From positions 270,321-334,320 of the forward strand of contig CAVQPJ010000005.1 of the NCBI GenBank assembly GCA_963714705.1: a stretch of DNA of 64,000 nucleotides, written 5' to 3'. The DNA is from an uncultured Gammaproteobacteria bacterium. Lineage in GTDB: Bacteria; Pseudomonadota; Gammaproteobacteria; Steroidobacterales; Rariloculaceae. This document shows positions 32,319 through 45,134 of the stretch, piece after piece. The position numbers and the translations under genes were made by a program. The stretch's first letter is position 1. Every line of letters begins with the position of its first letter. Under the pieces are notes generated by a model. It was not told where the DNA came from. It was given only the letters and a program-made list of their open reading frames with translations, and made no database searches.

Positions 32319-32824
32319 GTCGGTGGCGTCGGGGCCGGATTACCTGGACTGCGGCGTAGCTCGGCCAGCACGAAGATCACCGCCCCGAGCATGATCGCAA
32401 CATCCGCCACGTTGAACACCCCGGTGCGAAGCCAACCCACACCTATGTTCAAGAAGTCCACCACGCTGCCGTTAGTCGCGCGGTCGATCCAGTTCGAAAT
32501 ACCGCCGGCCACGAACAGCGCGAGACCCACGCCTCGCCACGGCGAGAGACGGAAGCGGAACACCCCAATGGCGAGCGCGAGCAAGACGAGGCCCGTGCCA
32601 ATCGTGAACAACGCAGTCCGAGCGGCCGGCGGCAAGTTGGCCCCGACGCTCAGGAAGGCTCCCGCGTTCTCGGTGTATCCGAGCCTCACCGTATCCGCCA
32701 GGTACGACTGAGTCGGCCTGCCGGAGAGCGTCTCCGTTGCCACGTGCTTGGTCACGCGGTCGCAGCCGATCGTCGCGACGATCACGAGCAACAGGGCGAG
32801 CCGGCTTCCAAATCTCGTAAGCAT
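32315..32824 (-). CDS. lspA: Lipoprotein signal peptidase (signal peptidase II), frame-intact
   Basis: In ORF 32315..33097, from the Met at 32824: MLTRFGSRLALLLVIVATIGCDRVTKHVATETL...VRLGYTENAGAFLSV...FVAGGISNWIDR...GSVVDFLNIG...TGVFNVADVAIMLGAV. These are the conserved LspA motifs. Confidence 0.8.
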   Translation of the reverse strand: MLTRFGSRLALLLVIVATIGCDRVTKHVATETLSGRPTQSYLADTVRLGYTENAGAFLSVGANLPPAARTALFTIGTGLVLLALAIGVFRFRLSPWRGVGLALFVAGGISNWIDRATNGSVVDFLNIGVGWLRTGVFNVADVAIMLGAVIFVLAELRRSPGNPAPTPPT

Positions 32825-32826
32825 GG

Positions 32827-33258
32827 CTACTCCGGCCAAACGAGCTCCATTTGGCTTCCGTATGGCGTCGCCTTCCAATGGCCTCGCAACTGGCGAACCC
32901 GTTCGTGCACCCGCGCGGCAAGATCCTGACTGCCGCCGGCTCGCGAAAACCGTCCCAGCAGCTCCGTGTAAGCCTCTGGCCCGGCATGCGTTCGGAATAG
33001 TGTCTGGAGTGGGCCAGCCAGTGATTCGGCGAGCTGCGCGTCGCCTCCGCCAACCCCTTCCCCGCTGAGCGACGCTCCGGAGGCAACACAACCCCAATAA
33101 CCTTTGCGGATGGGCAGCTCCGATTCGATCGCGAAATGCGCGAGGTCGTGGCGTAGAAACTCGCGGGTCTCGACTTCGATGCTCTCAGAGGTTCCGTCGG
33201 CACGGGTAATCGTCACCGCGTGCCGTTCATCGGAGATCTTGCTGAAGGCGATACGCAC
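32827..33258 (-). CDS. Hypothetical protein (143 aa, frame-intact), operonic between the RND pump and lspA
   Basis: ORF 32827..33258. The start is 10 nt after the RND stop, and the stop is 2 nt before the lspA start. I recognise no family. Confidence 0.5.
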   Translation of the reverse strand: MRIAFSKISDERHAVTITRADGTSESIEVETREFLRHDLAHFAIESELPIRKGYWGCVASGASLSGEGVGGGDAQLAESLAGPLQTLFRTHAGPEAYTELLGRFSRAGGSQDLAARVHERVRQLRGHWKATPYGSQMELVWPE

Positions 33259-33268
33259 GTCACGCAGC

Positions 33269-36442
<3,174 letters not shown>

Positions 36443-36445
36443 CGC

Positions 36446-37631
36446 CTAGCCCTCGGAGCTGCGCGCGTCGGCGACGCTCGACGGAGCGGAGCCTTGCGAG
36501 CTCTCGCTGACGGCGGCTTCGGCGGCGTCGTAGCGCACGCGGGCGCCTTCGCGCAGCTTGATGATGCCCTCGATGACGATGAGGTCGCCGTCCTGCGAGG
36601 CCGCCGAGCACCTCGACGACGCCGAAGCGGCGGCCGCCGACGTCGATCTGCTGCTGGTGCACCGTGTCGCCGTCGACGCGGTAGACGTAGGCGCGGTTCT
36701 GCACTTGGAACACCGAGCCCTCGGGCACGACGAGCGCCGTCGCGCTCCGCCGTCACGACTTCGACCGTCAGCAGCATGCCCGGGCCGCAGCGCACGGTCC
36801 TCGTTGTCGATGTGCGCGCGCACCGTGATCGCTCGCGTCACGGGATCGACGCGCGAGCCGACGGTGCGCACGATGCCTTCGAACTCGCGGTCCGGGAAGC
36901 TCACGCTCTTCGCGACGATCCTGGCGCCCGGCGTCATCGCGCCGACGAACGTCTCGGGCACCGTGAAGTCGAGCTTGATGATCGGAGATGTCGTCGATCG
37001 ACGTGATCGTGCGTGTTCGGGCTCAACATCGTGCCGGGGCTGACCTGCCGGAAACCGAGCACGCCGCTGAACGGCGCCAGGATCAGCCGATCGCGCAGCC
37101 GCGCGACGATGCTATTCGAGACGCGCCTGCATCGCCGCCGGCGCGCGAGCGCGCGACGTCGAGCTCGGAAGCCGAGGTCAGGCCGCGGCGCTCAAGTCCT
37201 GCGAGCCGGCGCAGCTGACTCTCGGCATCGTCGAGATTCGCGCGCGCCTCGGCGAGCAGAGCTTCCTCTTCTTGATTCGTGAGCTCGATCAGCACGGCGC
37301 CCGCCTCGACGTAGTCGCCGTCCTCGAAGTTCACGCGCCGCACGGTGTCCGTGACCTTCGCCGTCAGCGTGACCGATTCGTTGGCCTGCGCCGTGCCGAG
37401 CGCTTCGACGACGTCGTAGATCGAATCGCGGCGCGCATGGCCGACGGTCACGAGCGGCGGTTGCGCTTGCGGCCGTCCGCCGCCGGCACCGAAGCCACCC
37501 GCCGGCGGGCGACCACCCGGCAGCCGCTGCCGCGGACGGTGCCGCCGGGACCGGCGCCGATCCTTCGTGAAGTACCACATGGCGCCGCCACCCAAAGCAA
37601 AGGCGAGCACGATCAGCAAAGCGTTTTTCAT
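36446..37631 (-). CDS. RND efflux periplasmic adaptor (membrane fusion protein), frame-interrupted
   Basis: 37083..37757, from the Met at 37631 (MKNALLIVLAFALGGGAMWYF...VVEALGTAQANESVTLTAKVTDTVRRVNFEDGDYVEAGAVLIELTNQEEEALLAEARANLDDAESQLRR). 36446..36961 (GARIVAKSVSFPDREFEGIVRTVGSRVDPVTRAITVRAHIDNED...). The stop is 3 nt before the pump start. Confidence 0.8.
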
Positions 37632-37844
37632 GAACGTCTGTCCGAGTTCGCGTAGGGTCGTGAGCTCTGCTTCCGTGCCGAGCATCAGGTGAGAGCAGCG
37701 CGCGAGCGCGGCCGGAAAAGTATGCCACACGGGTTTTGGCAGCCCGATCGCCCGCACGCCCGTTTAGTCGTCATTTTTTCTAAAGGTTTAAGGGGGTTAG
37801 CCGCGGCTCGCGCCGCGCGCAGGCGCGACGCTACCATTGACGGC

Positions 37845-38767
37845 ATGAGCACCCAGCGTCGCCGGAACGTGAGTCGATGCGGTCGTGTCGATCACGGCGC
37901 ACGTGCCCGAGGACGCGATGAGCGCCGGCCTGCTCGGCACCGAGCGCGTCGGTCACGGCGTGCGGATTCGCGACGACGGCTTGATCGCGACGATCGGCTA
38001 CGTCGTGCACGAGGCCGAGAACCTCTGGATCGGCACGCGCGACACCGTGGTGCCGGGCTTCGTCATCGGCTACGACTTCGACAGCGGGCTCGCGCTCGTC
38101 AAACCGTCGCTGCCGTTGCACGGCCCGTCGATGCAGATCGGCCGCGCCGATTCGCTCGCGGTCGGCGACGCCGTCACCGTCGTGAGCAGCGGCGGCAAGG
38201 AGCAGAGCATCGAGGCGCGCGTCGTGGCGAAGCAGGAATTCGCGGGCCGGTGGGAGTACGTGCTCGATCAAGCGGTGTTCACGACGCCGCCGCACGACAG
38301 CTGGTCGGGCGCGGCGCTCGTCGACCGCGACGGCAGGCTCTGCGGCTTGGGCTCGCTCGTCATTCAGGGCTTCGAGACGCGCTCGCGGCACGAGCACGGT
38401 CAACATGTTCGTGCCGATCGAGCTGCTCGCGCCGATCGTCGACGAGATCTGCCTGCACGGCCGCCGCCTGACACCGCCGCGCCCGTGGCTCGGCATGCTC
38501 GTGCATGACGACCAGCACGACCTCACGGTCGTCGGCGTCTATCGCAACTGCCCGGCCGACAAGGCGGGCCTCCGCCCCGGCGACGTCATCGTCGGCATCG
38601 ACGACGAGCCCGTCGTCGGTCTCGCCAACATGTTCCGGCGCGTCTGGAGCCTTGGGAGCGCCGGCGTCGACGTGCCGCTCAACGTGCTCCGCAACACCGA
38701 GAAGATGCAGCTCAAGGTGCGCTCTGGCGACCGCGCCGGATTTCAGCGCAAGGGCACGTTGCAGTAA
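37845..38767 (+). CDS. Trypsin-like (S1C) serine peptidase with C-terminal PDZ domain, frame-interrupted, start uncertain
   Basis: 37885..38508 (GHGVRIRDDGLIATIGYVVHEAENLWI...GYDFDSGLALVKP...VGDAVTVVSSGG...SWSGAALVDRDGRLCGLGSLVIQ). 38405..38767 (PWLGMLVHDDQHDLTVVGVYRNCPADKAGLRPGDVIVGIDDEPVVGL). Confidence 0.65.
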
Positions 38768-38786
38768 TCGACCTCGTAGAAACGCG

Positions 38787-38809
38787 AACGGCGGCCGTCG
38801 GCCGCCGTT
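38787..38809. terminator. Perfect 10-bp stem-loop between convergent genes (candidate bidirectional terminator)
   Basis: aacggcggcc gtc ggccgccgtt, read directly. On the minus strand it is followed by cgcgtttct (a weak U-tract). There is no T-tract on the plus side. Confidence 0.5.
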
Positions 38810-38829
38810 CAACGCAACGCGTTCCGACG

Positions 38830-39313
38830 TTATTCTTCCGCGCGACGCCGATACGGGCGATGGCAACCGCCGCAGCTCGAGCCGACAGCCTGCACCATGC
38901 CTTTCGCGGTCTCGAAGCCTTGCGACGCCGCGGCAGCCGCCAGCGCGTCCGCGGCGTTCTGCAGATCGGCGGCCTTCTGCTGGAAATCGGCCATGTTGGT
39001 CCAAACCTCCGGCATTGCAGTGCTGGCCGCGGCGGAACTGTTCGGGTATGAATCCTTCGGGAAGCATCCCGGCCAGCGCGGCGACGTCGCCGTGTCTTTG
39101 CGGAACTTGGCCTCGTCGACGGGGATCTCCCCCCGTGCCATGCGCGCGCACCGCAGCGACCTTGTACGCGAGGGTGTGCATCACGGACTGCCGATACTCG
39201 ACCGCCGTCCTGCCGGCGAGTCGTCGACGGGCGCCGCGCCGCCGCCCCATGCCGCACGCAGCGAGCATCGAAACGAGAGAAGCACCCAGCAACGTGGCGA
39301 ACAGCTTTTTCAT
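38830..39313 (-). CDS. Class II c-type cytochrome (cytochrome c-prime/c556-like) with lipoprotein-type signal, frame-interrupted
   Basis: In 38360..39385, from the Met at 39313: MKKLFATLLGASLVSMLAACG (lipobox-like LAAC). 38830..39141: ...MPEVWTNMADFQQKAADLQNAADALAAAAASQGFETAKGMVQAVGSSCGGCHRPYR. The single CxxCH sits near the C-terminus, as in class II cytochromes c. Confidence 0.65.
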
Positions 39314-39407
39314 TGGAACGACCTTTGAATGATTTGCGCCGCAAACCCTTGAGCCAGCATAGCCAAATCGCGCGCGCAGCCGCAAGACTGCCCCGTTCGC
39401 CGGGGCG

Positions 39408-39822
39408 TCAGGCGTGCGCTTTGTTGGGCTTCAGCACCTCGTCGACGACGAACAGATCCGTGAGCAGCGCGCGCAAGTGGATCGATGCGTTCAAGTTGTC
39501 GATGAGCTGCGAGCTGATGTCCTCGCGCGCGAGCACGAGCCGAAGGGCCGCGAGCGCGACGCGCGCGTCGGCGTCGACGGCCGCGAAGAATGCGGCGCCC
39601 ATCTTCGGCAGCTCGCGATCGAGCGCCGTTCGCGCAGGCGCCGATGACGGCGCTCAAGCCCGTCGAGCGCGGCGACCATCTTGTCGAGGTACTCGCGAAC
39701 GTTGCGCCCCGCGGCCGCGCCCTTGTCGCGTCTCGCCGGCCCTGCGCCGCGTACGCGAGCATGAACTCGTAGCCCGTCTCGATGGCCTCGATGCGTTGCT
39801 TGAGATCGTCGCTCGTCGTCAT
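39408..39822 (-). CDS. Hypothetical helical protein (~137 aa), frame-interrupted
   Basis: In 39310..40389, from the Met at 39822 (MTTSDDLKQRIEAIETGYEFMLAYAAQG). C-terminus in 39408..39602 (EDISSQLIDNLNASIHLRALLTDLFVVDEVLKPNKAHA). The start overlaps the upstream stop (ATGA at 39819-39822). I recognise no family. Confidence 0.4.
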
Positions 39823-40494
39823 CGGTCCACCTGCCAGCGTTTCGGATCGTGGTGCTCGTCGAACTCTGCGGCGCGTGATCCAACCGCGGATCATCGCGCG
39901 CGTGAATTTCAGTTTCTCGGGCCGCAACGCGAAGTAGACGTGCATCATCACCATCGTGATCGAGCATGCAGCGCCGCGAGCCCGTGCAGCACGTACACGA
40001 TACCCCACGTCGCATCGGGCAAGCAGATAAGGATTGCGTTGCCACCACGGCGTGTCGATGCGCAGCAGCATGAGTGCCAGCCCGTCACGAGCGTCGTCAG
40101 CACCACGAGCGTCGAACGCGTGATGGATGAGCTTCTGGGCGCACGGAATACTTGCCGGGTGCGGCGCGTAGGTGTCGCGCGGCGCAGCGTCGCGCCGACG
40201 ACGTCGAGCGCGTCGGCGAGATCGGCGCGCGCCGAGCCACATCGCGCCCCACGTGCCGCGCACGAGCACGCGGACGATGTGGAACACCACGGCGGCCCTG
40301 AGCACGAGCCCCGTGATCCAATGAATGGTGACCCAGCCGAACTCCACGCCGACGATCGGCAGAAAAGCGGTGCCGAGCAGGATCAGCACGCACGCGGCCG
40401 AGATCCAGTGGAACAGGCGGTCCGGCAGCGCGTGCCGGAGCGACGCGGTCGGCAGTCGCCGAGCCGCCGAGTATTGGCGCGTGAAGGCGTCGTC
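39819..40494 (-). CDS. b-type cytochrome membrane subunit (cytochrome b561 / Ni-Fe hydrogenase b-type cytochrome-like), frame-interrupted, start uncertain
   Basis: My translation gives LPDRLFHWISAACVLILLGTAFLPIVGVEFGWVTIHWITGLVL.AAVVFHIVRVL (39310..40389 frame), then ...MVMMHVYFALRPEKLKFTRAMIRGWIT. The hydrophobic helices carry conserved His residues. Confidence 0.55.
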
Positions 40495-40709
40495 ACGGCG
40501 TGACTATCTTTGCTTCGGTGCGAGGATCAACCGGTACAGCGGCGTGGCCCACGATCAGCACGCAGCCGAGACCGACGAACACCCACAGAGAGATCCCACG
40601 ACATGCCCTGCAGCACTTCGCGGCCGTAGATGTCGCGGCTGACTCGAAACAGCTCCACTCGGCTCGCTACTCGAAGGTCGGGCGCGCTGTGCGGCGTTAC
40701 GCGTCGCCC

Positions 40710-41716
40710 TTATGCATCTCGAATGGCGCGCGTGACGAGGTTCTGCAGCAGCGGGATCTTGAAGTGGTTGAAGTTCAGCGGCGTCGCGCCGCGCACGGCG
40801 CTCTGCCCCGCGAGCGACGCCGTCTCGGCCGTCTTCGCCTGGCCGCGCACGATTTCCTCGACGACCGTGAGCCGCCGCGGCACGCACTGCACCGCACCGG
40901 CCACGATCCGAATCTGGTCGACGGTCTCGGCACCCGCCGCGCCGCTGACCTTCATCGCCGCCGCAATGTTCACGAGCGGGAAGTCCCACGTGTTGCGGTC
41001 TGCGACCTTCTCGAAGTAGAACCGCGCCCCGCTCCACTCGGCCGGCAGGCGAATCGCCGTCAGCACGTCGCCGTCCTCGAGCACCGTCATGCGCTCGATG
41101 TCGATGTTCGGCCCGATGAAGAACTCCTCGGCCTTGACCTCGCGTTGCCCGCCGGGCCCGACGACGACCATCGTCGCGTCGAGCGCGACGAGCGCCGGCG
41201 CCGTGTCCGACGGGCTCACGGCGACGCAGCGGTCCGCGCCCCACAGGCAGTGCTCGCGATTCTGGCCTTCGGGCGTATCGGCGTAGCACGTGTTGCCGCC
41301 GGCGCGATAGCAGTCGACGCCGTAGCGGTAGTACCAGCAGCGCGCGTCCTGGGAGACGTTGCCGCCGATCGTGCCGGAGTTTCGGATCTGCGGGCTCGCG
41401 ACGCGGCGCGCCGCGTCGGCGAGCAGCTTGTACCGGCTCTTGAATGACCGAGCTGCGCTCGATCTCCGTCAGCGTCGTCAGCGCGCCGATCTCGACGCCG
41501 CCGTCCGGCGTCTCGCGGATGCCTTTCAGCGCCGCGATGCCGCCCAGGTCCACGACGTACTTCGGCCGCTTCACGCGGTCCTTGAACCAGTCGAAGCTGT
41601 CGTTGCCGCCGGCCAGCGCCCAACCCTCTGCGCCGAACCGGCCCAAGAAGCTCCACCGCCCCTTCGACCGTGTCCGGCTGGTAGAGCTCGAACGCGCTCA
41701 TCATGTCTCTGGACAT
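40710..41716 (-). CDS. Molybdenum hydroxylase FAD-binding (medium) subunit, frame-interrupted
   Basis: 41216..41722 (MSRDMMSAFELYQPDTVEGAVELLG). 40555..41646 (GWALAGGNDSFDWFKDRVKRPKYVVDLGGIAALKGIRETPDGGVEIGALTTLTEI). 40710..41219 (ALDATMVVVGPGGQREVKAEEFFIGP...FYFEKVADRNTWDFPLVNIAAAMKV). An AAGGAG RBS precedes the ATG at 41716. Confidence 0.75.
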
Positions 41717-41729
41717 TGCCAAAGCTCCT

Positions 41730-42419
41730 TCAGTTAGTCGTTACGCGCTTCGTCAGGCCTGGCTCACGCGCTCGCCGGTCGGCCGCGCGCATCACCGCGT
41801 TCAAGTAGTGGTCGTAGGCACCGCAGCGACAGAGGTTGCCCGACAAGCGCGTGCCGCACCTCGTCGCGCGTCGGCGTCGGATTCTCGTTGAGCAACGCGA
41901 CGGCCGACATGATCTGCCCCGGCGTGCAGAAGCCGCACTGCGGGCCGAGCTCGTCGATCATCGCTTGCTGAACCTTGTGCAGCTCGCCGTTCGGCCCTTC
42001 GAGGCCTTCGATCGTCGTGATCGCGCGGCCGCGCACGGCGTGCGTCAGCGTCGAGCACGAGTAGTTCGTCACGCCGTCGACGAGCACGGTGCAGGCGCCG
42101 CATTCGCCGCGATCGCAGCCGAGCTTCGTGCCGGTCAGCGCCGAGCTTGTAGCGCAGCGTCATCGCGAGCGTCTCGTTCGGCAGCACGTCGACGGGGCGC
42201 ATCTGGCCGTTGACGTTCAGCGTCAGCAAGCGCTCGACGCCGCCGGCGGAGCCCTTGCTCTCCCGAGCAGCCGCCGATCGAGAGTAGATAGCCGGCGCCC
42301 GACACGGCGGCGCCCGAGAAGATGACACCTTTAATGAACTGGCGTCTCGACGTGGCTTTGGAGACGAACGAATCGAAACGCGGTTCCGGATAGCCCCGGC
42401 CGTTGGTGTTGTCAGCCAT
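41730..42419 (-). CDS. Molybdenum hydroxylase [2Fe-2S] small subunit with twin-arginine (Tat) signal, frame-interrupted
   Basis: 42135..42419 (MADNTNG...SKATSRRQFIKGVIFSGAAVSGAGYLLS, a Tat motif). 41801..42328 (LTLNVNGQMRPVDVLPNETLAMTLRYKLG). 41764..42087 (TIEGLEGPNGELHKVQQAMIDELGPQCGFCTPGQIMSAVALL). Tail in my translation: GNLCRCGAYDHYLNAV. Confidence 0.8.
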
Positions 42420-42480
42420 GAGGAAGTCTCCCCTCCGAAGCGCCTAGACGTAAGGAAATCGAGTGGATGCTAGGTGAAAA

Positions 42481-42504
42481 GCCGGCCTCGCTCAACAGGC
42501 CGGC
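42481..42504. promoter_or_regulatory. Intercistronic perfect 8-bp stem-loop between the large- and small-subunit genes
   Basis: gccggcct cgctcaac aggccggc, read directly. It lies in the 104-nt gap between the stop of the large subunit (42524) and the start of the Fe-S subunit (42419). Confidence 0.3.
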
Positions 42505-42523
42505 AGGCGCCGTTGCTCGCCGC

Positions 42524-44937
42524 TCATGCCGTGTTGACCTGCAAGGGTTTGTGCGACTGCTCGCGCTTGGCCGCCGCGTTGACGATCATGTCCGGCATCA
42601 CCGGCGTCCGGTTGAAGTAGTGGCCGCCGAGCGCGTCGGAGATCGCGCAAAGCAGCGCCGCCGCGGCGCAGCCCTGCACCGGCTCGCCGATGCCCTTCGC
42701 GCCGACCGGGATTCTGCGGTCGGCGATGTCGACCCAGGCCGTCTGCATCGTCGCGGGCACGTCGAGGTACGACACCGGCTTCGCCTGCAGCAGCCCGATG
42801 TTGCCGGGCAAGCCGTTCTGCGGGTCGTAGATGTGGCGTTCGCGGGCCGCGAGGCCGAAGCCCATGACGGCGCCGCTCTTGATCTGATGCGACAGGCCCT
42901 GCGGGTGCAGCACCGTGCCGCAATCGGCCACGCCGACGTAGTCCAGGATCTCGAACTTGCCCGTCTCGACGTCGAGCTCGATCTCGATGAAGCCGGCCGC
43001 GAGCGCCGGCACCGTGCCCGTCCGCGGCAGGTTGTCCTTCGCGACGCCGACGAGACCCGTGCCGGCGACGCCGGCCGCGGATGCCTTCGTCATGACGTTC
43101 AGGTCGTTCGCCACCTCGTGGCCGTCGAACTTGCCGCCGAGCTCGATCGCGCGCTGCGCGGCTTGCGCGTACGTGAGGCCCTTCGTCGTTGTCGCTCTTC
43201 GAGAACACGCGCTCGCCGCCGATGTCGTAGTCGGCCGGCGCACCGCCCAAGTCCAGCGCCGCGATCTCCTTGAGCTTCGCGACGGCGTCCATCGCGGCGA
43301 CGTAGTTCGTGCGCGTCATCGTGAACGACGTGTTGCTGCCGAACTGGCCAAGATTCCACGGCAGGTGGTTGCGGCTGTCGCCGCGCACGACGATGCAGTT
43401 GTCCCAGTTGGCCTTGAGCACCTCGGCCGCGACGCGCGACGTCACCGTGTGCGAGTACGTGCCGAGATTGCCGACGCCCGTGTGAATGTGGATCTTGCCG
43501 TCCGGCGTGATGCGCACGAGGCCGTCGAAGCCGTTGCCGCCGGCCGAGTGATACGCCGTGCCGACGCCGACACCGCGGACCTTCGAGCCGTTGCGCTGGC
43601 CGCTGCGCGCTTGCCGCTCGGCCCAGTTGAACTGCTGGCGCGCCGCGATCGAGCGCATCCTTCAAATAGGCGCTCGTCACGCCGCCTTGCATCGAGCCGA
43701 CCTTCGCGGCGTTGTCGGGCGCGTTGATGCGCCGAATCGCGACGCGATCGAGCCCGAGCTGCTTGGCCGCCTTGTCGATCAGCGGCTCGACGGCCACGCG
43801 ATCTGGTTCTGGCCCGGCCCGCGCTGCGGGCCGCGCGGCGGCGTGTTCGTGAGCACGGGCACGCCGCGGAACCGCATGGCCGGCGGCTGGTAGACGATCG
43901 TGACGGCCTCGGCGGCCGAGATCCAAGTCGTTGAACCCGCGTGTTCGGGCCGTTCTCCTGCACTATATAAAGGTCTACGGCCGTGACACGGCCGTCGGCG
44001 GCGAAGCCCATCTTCGACGCGGCCTTGGAAGCCGGCGCGCGCCGAGCCCATGAAGTACTCCTCGTGCCGCGAGACGCGCATCATCACGGGCCGGCCGATC
44101 TTCTTCGCCATGAGCGCGGGTATGCGCCATCAGCGGATAGGCGCCGCCCTTCGAGCCGAAGCCGCCGCCGCAGAACTCGGAGACGTAAACGAGATCCGCG
44201 GGCTCGACGCCGACAGAGGCGCGCGATGTCCGGGTACCGGGAAGCTCTGGCTCTGCGTCGAGCCGTACAGAAAGCACTTGCCGTTCTGCCAATACGCGAG
44301 CGCGCTGCGCGGCTCCATCGAGTGATGCCCGAGGCCTGCCGTCACGAACGTCTCGTCGAGCACGAGCTTGGCCGCCGCGAAGCCGGCGTCGACGTCGCCG
44401 AACGACCATTCGCGTGATCGGCGCGCCCATCGGCAGTTGCCCTTCGGCGACGGCCGCGAAATCCTGCGCCGTCCATTTGACGTTCTTGCAGATCGATGCC
44501 GGCGTTCGCGACGTTGCCGTTCGTGCGCGCGTTCGGTCCGCCGGGGAACAAGCTCTGCAGCGGATCGACGGTGAACGGCAGCTCCTCGTACGTCACCTTG
44601 ATCTGCTCGAGCGCGTCGCTCGCGAGCTCTTCGGTGTCGGCCGCGACGGCGAGAATCGGATGACCGACGAACAGCGGCTCGTTCGTCAGGATCGTCTCTT
44701 GCGGCTCGGGAACGTTCGGCGACGTCGTCGGCCGTCAGCACGCCGTGCACGCCGGGCATCGCGAGCGCCGCGCTCGCGTCGATGCTCGTGACGCGCGCGT
44801 GCGGCATCGGGCTCGTCAGCAGCTTGCAGGAACACCATGCCGTCGACGCGGAAGTCTTCCGAGTACTTGGCCTTGCCGGTCACCTTCGCGTGGATGTCGG
44901 GCGGCGTGAAATTCTTGCCGAGCAAGTCGTAGGCCAT
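42524..44937 (-). CDS. Molybdopterin-binding large subunit of a xanthine dehydrogenase/aldehyde oxidase-family hydroxylase, frame-interrupted
   Basis: 44686..44937 (MAYDLLGKNFTPPDIHAKVTGKAKYSEDFRVDGMVFL). 44130..44807 (ARVTSIDASAALAMPGVHGVLTADDV). 43099/43442 frames (GGFGSKG...). 42492..43658 (GVGTAYHSAGGNGFDGLVRITPDGKIHIHTGVGNLGTYS). 42524..43243 (DCGTVLHPQGLSHQIKSGAVMGFGLAARE...GAKGIGEPVQGCAAAALLCAISDALG). Confidence 0.85.
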
Positions 44938-45134
44938 GAAGCTCCCCAGAGGTGGAATGCGCGACGCGGCGTCGGCCGCGCGACATCATACTCCGCGAAA
45001 CCGGCGAAGCAGGCTCGCCCGTGGCGCGCGCGTCGCGCGTAAGCCGCTATGCGGGCTGACATTTCCGCGGCGCGGCAATTTGCTGGTAGTCTCGCCACCT
45101 GCATTCAATCACTACTCCGGGGGATCAGGGGGAC

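Noticed and set aside
32827-33258. The HDLAHF motif in the 143-aa unknown protein as a metalloprotease HExxH-like site
   Set aside because: The motif is HxxxH without the glutamate and has no other supporting signature. Evidence is insufficient to call an enzyme.
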